Source: Massilicoli timonensis (GTDB lineage: Bacteria; Bacillota_I; Bacilli_A; Erysipelotrichales; Erysipelotrichaceae). From it: 32,000 nucleotides of DNA. Below, in pieces: positions 26,194 through 32,000 of the stretch (its first letter is position 1; each line of letters opens with the position of its first letter). The stretch is from contig NZ_LT963434.1 in NCBI RefSeq assembly GCF_900199515.1, positions 363,272-395,271 of the forward strand, given 5' to 3'. The position numbers and the translations under genes were made by a program. Under the pieces are notes generated by a model. The model searched no databases, was not told where the DNA came from, and saw only the letters and a list, made by a program, of their open reading frames with translations.

Positions 26194-26420
26194 AATAGCC
26201 TCCTTTCAATAAAAGACTATCAAATTCTTTTTCAAAAAGGAAGTGGAAAAGTGTAAAAAAAGAGCATTCAAATACAGACGCTCTTTCCCTTTCACACGGA
26301 TAATGTGCGATAGCTTTACTCATAGTTTTTGTTACGTGGATATTACGTCAGCACCATATGAGTTGCCGGATATTTCTACACTACCATAATACCACAGATT
26401 TTTGGTTACAATGTATCCTC
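26194..26420 (-). promoter_or_regulatory. Non-coding gap between the late activator and the packaging genes (candidate early-operon terminator plus late promoter, possibly a pac region)
   Basis: This is the longest intergenic region in the prophage. The minus strand has AAAGAGC..(12 nt)..GCTCTTT followed by TTTT, then an AT-rich stretch with TTGAAA before the RBS. Confidence 0.3.
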
Positions 26421-26858
26421 TTATACAATTTTTTCAATAACTTTGTTGATATGCTTATATAAAGCCATTCGATTTGCATAATGATATTTATCTGCAATAG
26501 ATTCATGATTTCGTTTCATAATATATAAATCCATCACCATCTGACGATCAACCGGATCAAGTATTTTCATCAGCATACGATTGACATTATTGATTCTGCT
26601 TATGTAATCTTCACGCTCTTTTAATACCTTCTCTTCTTGATAGAGCCAGTATAGTTTATTGTCTTTATATGAATCATTTGCATTCTCACATATAACGTCC
26701 TTAACTGCAGGAGAACTAATCCCCTGCAGTTTGACAGCAATTTCTTCTAAGCGTTCATTACAGTCAAGCACCATTTTGGTATAGTAGTCGTTACTTTTAC
26801 AATCACGCTTAAACTGTTCTACTTTGTCCTTTATCGTTACCATTATGTATTTTTTCAC
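26421..26858 (-). CDS. Late-gene transcriptional activator (sigma-70 region 4-like; RinA/ArpU-type position)
   Basis: 145 aa. The C-terminal DRQMVMDLYIMKRNHESIADKYHYANRMALYKHINKVIEKI looks like a sigma region-4 HTH. It is the last gene before the packaging module. Confidence 0.6.
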   Translation of the reverse strand: MKKYIMVTIKDKVEQFKRDCKSNDYYTKMVLDCNERLEEIAVKLQGISSPAVKDVICENANDSYKDNKLYWLYQEEKVLKEREDYISRINNVNRMLMKILDPVDRQMVMDLYIMKRNHESIADKYHYANRMALYKHINKVIEKIV

Positions 26859-27346
26859 TCCTTCACACCAAAATAATATTTCTTGAAATCTTCCTCGCCC
26901 ACTGCTTCGATGGCTTTTTCAATGTCTGCTTCTGATTGGAAATAAAGTCCGCTATGACGAGTATGCCTATTAAACCATTTGTTAATAGAATAATCGTTGT
27001 ATTTATAATATGGATAGTATTTTTCAATATTACTATCATACCATTCTTCATCGCTAAACTCATGCGCATATCGCTTAACCTGTGCATATACTTCTCTGCG
27101 TTTCTTTTCAAATTGGACTTCTTTTAGTGTTGGGAATGTATTGCCGATACATCTTCTTAAGTTATCAGTGGCATCATTTTGCCATGTTTCTGAATTGATA
27201 TAACCTTCAGTATCAATATAGAAATACTTATCCCCGATTTCTAAATCCCAAACAGAAATAGAAACAGGTTTTTCCAAAAAATCCATAAAACCATCTTTTA
27301 CAACATAATCTCCATATTCGTTTACAATTTCATTTAATGTTTTCAT
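26855..27346 (-). CDS. Hypothetical early protein (163 aa)
   Basis: ATGA coupling upstream. Rich in Tyr/Glu. I recognise no family. Confidence 0.55.
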   Translation of the reverse strand: MKTLNEIVNEYGDYVVKDGFMDFLEKPVSISVWDLEIGDKYFYIDTEGYINSETWQNDATDNLRRCIGNTFPTLKEVQFEKKRREVYAQVKRYAHEFSDEEWYDSNIEKYYPYYKYNDYSINKWFNRHTRHSGLYFQSEADIEKAIEAVGEEDFKKYYFGVKE

Positions 27347-27744
27347 AATCCCTTATCCTTTCCTTTTTCGATTTCTAATATATCATCAGCACTAACTCCA
27401 AAAAGAGTTTGTATTGCTTTTTCTACTCTAAAATAGTAATCATTGACTTTTGTTAATTCATCATTTAATTCATCGCATTTTTGAACATACCAAATAACTC
27501 TATCATGCCATTCGTCAAGTTCTTCAATAGATAAATTATTCAAACCCCATTTTTCTATTAAATCAACAAGTTCAAAGTGTTCTTTGATTAACTGTTTGAA
27601 TACTCTTACTTTATCGCAATCTGTATTATCAAAGGCGCGAAACGCACACGCTAATCCCTTATATCCATATAACACCTCATGCTTTTCTTTGCACAATTCG
27701 CATATTTCTTCTACTGCTTTTTCACATTCTTTTTTATTCATCAT
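27343..27744 (-). CDS. Hypothetical early protein (133 aa) with the shared N-terminal module
   Basis: Has KKECEKA... and ...FKQLIKEHFE. It shares a 20-nt identical DNA core with the next gene. Confidence 0.55.
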   Translation of the reverse strand: MMNKKECEKAVEEICELCKEKHEVLYGYKGLACAFRAFDNTDCDKVRVFKQLIKEHFELVDLIEKWGLNNLSIEELDEWHDRVIWYVQKCDELNDELTKVNDYYFRVEKAIQTLFGVSADDILEIEKGKDKGL

Positions 27745-28115
27745 TCATCTTCCTTTCCTTGATATTGCAATGCTTTTGTAAGAGGATAGAACCGGTTTTC
27801 TTCAAATTCATCATATTCTTCATGAAATTTATCATAATCTTCTCCATCGTTATACCAATATGACATATAAGTTACGCATTGTGCCATGTCTGTACTTATC
27901 ATAGGATTGCACTGAAAACATACTTTTTCTTTATCATCCCAAACCCACATTTCTTTATTTAGTTCTCTAAATGTGTATGGTTGCGGGTCAAAGTGTTCTT
28001 TGATTAATTGATAAATCGTTTTGTAATATTTACCTTCTCTATTGATATTGAATGTAAAATTTGCCAAATCGTCTAAAGCGTTTAACGCTTCTAAGCATTC
28101 TTCTTTAGTCAACAT
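27741..28115 (-). CDS. Hypothetical acidic early protein (124 aa) with the shared N-terminal module
   Basis: Has TKEECLEA... and ...IYQLIKEHFD, with a strongly acidic C-terminal half. Confidence 0.55.
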   Translation of the reverse strand: MLTKEECLEALNALDDLANFTFNINREGKYYKTIYQLIKEHFDPQPYTFRELNKEMWVWDDKEKVCFQCNPMISTDMAQCVTYMSYWYNDGEDYDKFHEEYDEFEENRFYPLTKALQYQGKEDE

Positions 28116-28314
28116 CTAACCACCCCAATTCCTTGCACTGCTTATTGATTGCTTTCAATGTTGACATATCAATCCCTAAATTTTCGACATAGTATTCTTC
28201 ATATTCTTTATCAAATTCTAATATTTCATTGTAGTTTGGATTATAATAAATAATTTTCAAACCATTTTGTTTTAATTGCCATCCTAACTGCTCAAACATT
28301 TCTTGCGCTGTCAC
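28105..28314 (-). CDS. Hypothetical early protein (about 69 aa)
   Basis: I trimmed the track ORF 28105..28362 to the GTG at 28314, which is preceded by GAGAGGAAGGGA with 7-nt spacing. The product starts (M)TAQEMFEQLGW. Confidence 0.5.
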   Translation of the reverse strand: MTAQEMFEQLGWQLKQNGLKIIYYNPNYNEILEFDKEYEEYYVENLGIDMSTLKAINKQCKELGWLDVD

Positions 28315-28444
28315 TACAATATCCCTTCCTCTCTTGCTACTTTTAGCAATAAACAAATACATTGAATTAGATCTTTTTTACTTCCATAGAAATTCAAATA
28401 TAATTTTTTAATATTAGAAGAACATTTTGTAACTGTTAAAACCA

Positions 28445-28789
28445 CTATTCCTCACTCCAATCAATAGCCTGTCCACATTCATGACAGCATTTGTAATAAT
28501 TACCATATTCAGAAACACATATTGCGTTCTTCCCACAGTTTGGACAAACACATACAACGGGATTTATAAATCCATCTTCATCATAGATGGATGTTGTTTC
28601 TTCATCTCTCCAATCTTCATTAAAAGCGGGTTTCTTAGGTGTTGCCTTATCGACTAATTCTTGCAGAACATCAATCCAATCCTTTGCAATTCTATTGCAA
28701 TAGCCTTTCATGTCGCATTCATTACAACTTGTTCTTTGTGGACACGAATGTTTAACTAATCTGTCTAATGCCTCTTGATATTTATTCAT
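28445..28789 (-). CDS. Cys-rich protein with a C-terminal zinc ribbon (114 aa)
   Basis: An N-terminal Cys cluster (C16, C22, C25, C31) and a C-terminal CVCPNCG...CCHECG. Confidence 0.55.
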   Translation of the reverse strand: MNKYQEALDRLVKHSCPQRTSCNECDMKGYCNRIAKDWIDVLQELVDKATPKKPAFNEDWRDEETTSIYDEDGFINPVVCVCPNCGKNAICVSEYGNYYKCCHECGQAIDWSEE

Positions 28790-28790
28790 C

Positions 28791-29165
28791 TCAATTTCCC
28801 AACCTTTCCAACACTCTTTTCAAGTGTTCTATTTCCTTGTTTTTCTTGCTTATTTCTTCTCTCACTTTGTCATAGGCTAATGACATTCGATCATAGCGTT
28901 TCTTCAAATTCGTGTATTCTCTCTGCCACTTCTCTGCTCTAGCATGGGCTTTATCATAGTCCTTTTCAGTTGCTTCAACGGGTAAAACAGGTTTTCTTTC
29001 TTGTTCAACTGCTCTGCCTAAGACGATCGCGCATTTTTCAACGATTCCGATCTTATCAAAAATCCGATTGATGGCAGGTGCAGAGAGGTTTAACTGAATT
29101 AAGTAATCTTCAAGTCCGCTCTCTGTACCTATCATCATCTGTTTTATTTCTTCACGATTCATCAA
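28791..29165 (-). CDS. Hypothetical DNA-binding-like protein (N-terminal helix-hairpin-helix-like segment plus coiled coil)
   Basis: 124 aa. LIQLNLSAPAINRIFDKIGIV resembles an HhH/alpha-CTD-type motif. The C-terminal half is a charged heptad-like helix. Confidence 0.5.
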   Translation of the reverse strand: MMNREEIKQMMIGTESGLEDYLIQLNLSAPAINRIFDKIGIVEKCAIVLGRAVEQERKPVLPVEATEKDYDKAHARAEKWQREYTNLKKRYDRMSLAYDKVREEISKKNKEIEHLKRVLERLGN

Positions 29166-29617
29166 AATGGAAGGTCATCACTGGAAATATCAACTGTATC
29201 CTTTTGATAATTCCCCATATCCTGATAGCCATTTGGTTCGTTGAAATTAGATTGCATGGTATGATTATACCTTTGAGCGTTTTCATTACTATGCTGCGCT
29301 GATTTAGGCTCTAGAAATTGTTGTTGTTCTACAACTACTTCTGTCAAATACACTGTTCTTCCGCTTTTATCCTGATAATTTCTTGTTTGGATTCTTCCAT
29401 CAATACCAATCAAAGATCCTTTATGCAGATATTGCACCATCAACTCCGCAACCTTATTCCATGCAATGCAGTTGATAAAGTCTACATTTTGTTCTCCGTC
29501 TTTGCTTACATTCCGGTTGCAGGCAAGCGTGAATTGCACTACTGACTTATCGTTCAGCGTCTTGCGTAATACTGGATCTTTAGTAAGTCTTCCTATCAAT
29601 ACAACTCTGTTAATCAT
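29162..29617 (-). CDS. ssb: Single-stranded DNA-binding protein
   Basis: I trimmed the ORF to the ATG at 29617 (MINRVVLIGRLTKDP), which is preceded by AGGAGG. It has an OB-fold core and the acidic tail DDLPF. Confidence 0.9.
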   Translation of the reverse strand: MINRVVLIGRLTKDPVLRKTLNDKSVVQFTLACNRNVSKDGEQNVDFINCIAWNKVAELMVQYLHKGSLIGIDGRIQTRNYQDKSGRTVYLTEVVVEQQQFLEPKSAQHSNENAQRYNHTMQSNFNEPNGYQDMGNYQKDTVDISSDDLPF

Positions 29618-29641
29618 GTTCTTCCTCCTATCCAGGGCCAT

Positions 29642-31027
29642 CTAAAAAGGTAACCATTTTGGTATTTCCATTTCATTTTGTGGTAAATACTCAGTTTTCT
29701 TTTTTGTAATTCCCTTAATTTCATCGATTGCTGATTGACTCATGATTTTAATCATTTCATCACTCATACGCATATGCTCAGCTTGTTTTCGTTTAATATT
29801 TTCCAATACTTTCATTTCTTTTTCAGAAATAATGACATATACATCTACTGCATTTTGCTGTCCAAATCGATAACATCTTCTGATTGCCTGATAAAATTGC
29901 TCATAAGAATCTGATAATCCACAAAAGATCATTTGATTACAATTCTGCCAGTTCATTCCAAATCCACAAATAGAAGGCTTTGAAATCAGTGTTTTTATCT
30001 TTCCTGCCGCAAATCCAATCATGGCATTCTTTTTATGTTCGGGATCATCTGATCCTTTTACTTCGACCGATCCATGAATGGCTTTATACAACATTTCACT
30101 CTCATAATTGTAATCACACCACACCAAACATTGATTTGATTTCTTGGCAATTTTATTAGCAATCCGTACACGTTCTTCTACACTCTGCTTTCTTGCTTCA
30201 CGTCTTTCTGTCAATGTTTCAGCGTACTCAACAAATAAACTTGTTTCTTCAGGCGTACTTTCCACTACAATTTCATGAATGTTTAATTCAGGTAGATCAA
30301 ATCTGCTTCCGTCAAAGCCTAAGTCCTTCGGATTCTTAATCATCATTGCCCAGGTTGAAATCCATTTGAAAAACTCCTTTTCCGCATGCCCTTTCAATCT
30401 CCAGCCAATCCGCTCTTGTTTTCCTTTTCTTTTAATACAGTCATTGATGAAAAATGTTGATAACATTTCACTTCTCGGCATGATCCCTAGAAATTCTGCT
30501 GTTGTACCGATTTCCGTATAGTCATTTGGCGAAGGCGTTGCTGTACAACATAGTTTGTATGGTGTATGTGCAAAACGCTCTAATAATTCATTAGTGGTCT
30601 TTCCGGAATAAGACTTTATGATGGATGATTCATCTAATACAATTCCACTAAACACATCCGTATCAAATTTATGTAATTTATCATAGTTTGTGATATTAAC
30701 ACCATTTACCACATCTTCTTGTGAACTGCATAATTCACAATGGATACCAAATTTATGCGCCTCTTGTTTCGTTTGTTCTGCTACTGCAAGTGGTGCTAGT
30801 ATCAACACAGGTTCATTTGTATGCTTATGAACTGATTCTGCCCATGATAATTGCTGAATTGTTTTTCCTAATCCGGTATCTTCAAATAATGCTGCTCTTC
30901 CTTTTCGCAATGCCCACTTAACAATTGCTTCTTGGTAATCAAATAAATTCTCATTAAGATATTTTGCATCAAATCCACTTTCGATTGACTGATATTCTTT
31001 GGATTTTAGAAATTCGTCATAAGTCAT
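29642..31027 (-). CDS. SNF2-family helicase
   Basis: 461 aa with motif I GLGKT, motif II VLDESS, and a C-terminal helicase domain containing QAIRRCYRFGQ. Confidence 0.85.
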   Translation of the reverse strand: MTYDEFLKSKEYQSIESGFDAKYLNENLFDYQEAIVKWALRKGRAALFEDTGLGKTIQQLSWAESVHKHTNEPVLILAPLAVAEQTKQEAHKFGIHCELCSSQEDVVNGVNITNYDKLHKFDTDVFSGIVLDESSIIKSYSGKTTNELLERFAHTPYKLCCTATPSPNDYTEIGTTAEFLGIMPRSEMLSTFFINDCIKRKGKQERIGWRLKGHAEKEFFKWISTWAMMIKNPKDLGFDGSRFDLPELNIHEIVVESTPEETSLFVEYAETLTERREARKQSVEERVRIANKIAKKSNQCLVWCDYNYESEMLYKAIHGSVEVKGSDDPEHKKNAMIGFAAGKIKTLISKPSICGFGMNWQNCNQMIFCGLSDSYEQFYQAIRRCYRFGQQNAVDVYVIISEKEMKVLENIKRKQAEHMRMSDEMIKIMSQSAIDEIKGITKKKTEYLPQNEMEIPKWLPF

Positions 31028-31914
31028 AGCTCTAATCCCTCAAATAGATCGATCTGTTCTTCTGATGTTTCTGCCTTTTGACAATTTTTCACTGCCTGCT
31101 TGAAATATGATGGCTTTAATTCAATTCCGATACCTTTACGGTGCATTTTGATTGCTTGATATACCTCTGATCCAATACCAAGAAACGGTGTAAATACTAT
31201 TTCTTCTTCTGCACTCCATAATTCAATACATCTTTCAATTACATCCAGTTGTAAAGGACAGATATGCTTTTCATCACGTTCTTCTCTTACAGAAGTACGA
31301 TTCAGTGTATTTGATTGTTTAATATCCATCCATACCGGACTTGCATACTGCTGCCATTTTTCTACCGGAAACGTCTCATTAGTATGTGCAATCAAGTTTT
31401 GATTATCTCCCGGTTTTCTCATGGTAATGATATAATCGGCAATCCCTTGTCTACACATGGAACTATCTTTTTTAATTTGCTTATGTAGAAGCCCAAGTGC
31501 TTTGGTACGTTGCATTGCAACAACCGGATCTTTCCAAATCGTTACACGCGAATGATAATAAAATCCGCACTCCTGAAATAGTTTGATCAAGATTCCCGGA
31601 AAGTCTTTCAATCCGATAAAACCGTCATTATTTTTTGTAGTTGGAAGATCCATACAGTGAATGCTGACTAACCGACCTGGCTTCATAATACGATACAATT
31701 CTTTAACGATGAATGTGAACTGCTGATAAAATTCCTCTGTGCTCCTGCAATTTCCTAAATCTCTAGGGCTATCGCTATACGTATATAAATCCTCAAATGG
31801 TGGACTAAAAATTGAATAATCCATGCTATTATCTTGCAAAAACTGCATTACTTCTGCACTATCGCCATTGTAGAGTGCATATTTTTTTGAAATTGCTTGA
31901 TCAATTACTTTCAA
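31024..31914 (-). CDS. Beta-class N4-C/N6-A DNA methyltransferase (orphan)
   Basis: Catalytic motif SPPF near the N-terminus (DYSIFSPPF) and the SAM motif FTPFLGIGSE near the C-terminus. I prefer the TTG start at 31914 (AAGGAGGA RBS, TTGA overlap with the upstream stop) over the ATG at 31932. Confidence 0.8.
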   Translation of the reverse strand: MKVIDQAISKKYALYNGDSAEVMQFLQDNSMDYSIFSPPFEDLYTYSDSPRDLGNCRSTEEFYQQFTFIVKELYRIMKPGRLVSIHCMDLPTTKNNDGFIGLKDFPGILIKLFQECGFYYHSRVTIWKDPVVAMQRTKALGLLHKQIKKDSSMCRQGIADYIITMRKPGDNQNLIAHTNETFPVEKWQQYASPVWMDIKQSNTLNRTSVREERDEKHICPLQLDVIERCIELWSAEEEIVFTPFLGIGSEVYQAIKMHRKGIGIELKPSYFKQAVKNCQKAETSEEQIDLFEGLEL

Positions 31915-32000
31915 TTTGATTCCTCCTTGCATGCTATCTCGGATAATAATTTCTTTATTTCCTCATCACTCACTACTTCGCTTGTTTCTTCCCCTTGATC
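31911..32000 (-). CDS. 3' end of an upstream early gene (truncated by the window edge)
   Basis: Open frame from the window edge, ...DQGEETSEVVSDEEIKKLLSEIACKEESN*. Its stop overlaps the methyltransferase TTG start. Confidence 0.45.
   Translation of the reverse strand, partial: DQGEETSEVVSDEEIKKLLSEIACKEESN

Larger units (their letters stand above)
6880..32000 (-). mobile_element. Siphovirus-type prophage, truncated by the right edge of the window (late and early modules; integrase not in view)
   Basis: A contiguous minus-strand block runs from the replication module through packaging, head, tail and lysis. GC drops relative to 1..6874. The left boundary lies somewhere in 6875..6971. Confidence 0.9.

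Noticed and set aside
26194-26420. Possible tRNA or structured ncRNA gene in the long intergenic gap
   Set aside because: I could not fold a cloverleaf, and there is no T-loop GTTCRANNC consensus or acceptor-stem pairing. I keep it only as a candidate regulatory region.
28315-28362. N-terminal extension of the 28105..28362 ORF from the ATG at 28362 (MYLFIAKSSKRGRDIV)
   Set aside because: That ATG has no RBS, while a strong GAGAGGAAGGGA sequence sits 7 nt before the in-frame GTG at 28314.
6880-32000. Looked for integrase, repressor/Cro, a CRISPR array, a reverse transcriptase (DGR or retron), or recognised defence-system genes within the prophage
   Set aside because: I recognised none in the visible ORFs. 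The lysogeny module must lie beyond the right edge, so no claim can be made about it.

Overview
The window is a chromosome/prophage junction from a low-GC Bacillota genome. I cannot place the host taxon more precisely from sequence alone. Positions 1 to about 6.9 kb (roughly 45-47% GC by eye) are housekeeping DNA: the 5' end of a PdxK-like kinase, rlmA, a small ORF, thiI, a NifZ/IscS-like cysteine desulfurase, ezrA, a hypothetical ORF, and rpsD with a promoter, a structured leader and a terminator. From about 6.9 kb to the right edge, the DNA is AT-richer and carries at least 25 kb of a siphovirus-type prophage, entirely on the minus strand. In transcription order (right to left) the prophage encodes: a partial ORF, a beta-class DNA methyltransferase, an SNF2 helicase, SSB, seven small early ORFs, a sigma/RinA/ArpU-like late activator, terS, terL, a portal, a MuF/SPP1-gp7-type head protein, three accessory genes, a scaffold, a major capsid protein, four head-tail completion proteins, a major tail protein, two chaperone ORFs, a tape measure, Dit, Tal, a collagen-like fibre, a hypothetical ORF, a holin, a membrane protein and a GH25 endolysin. 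The integrase/lysogeny module and the second att site lie outside the window. The best candidates for something new sit between the portal and the scaffold. (1) The MuF protein carries an extra C-terminal module of about 150 aa and is translationally coupled to a very acidic 68-aa ORF, which fits a polymorphic toxin/immunity architecture. (2) A hairpin-bounded two-gene cassette encodes a small zinc-ribbon protein and a Dps-like ferritin with an apparently intact ferroxidase motif. All functional calls come from reading the translations by eye. No database search was run.
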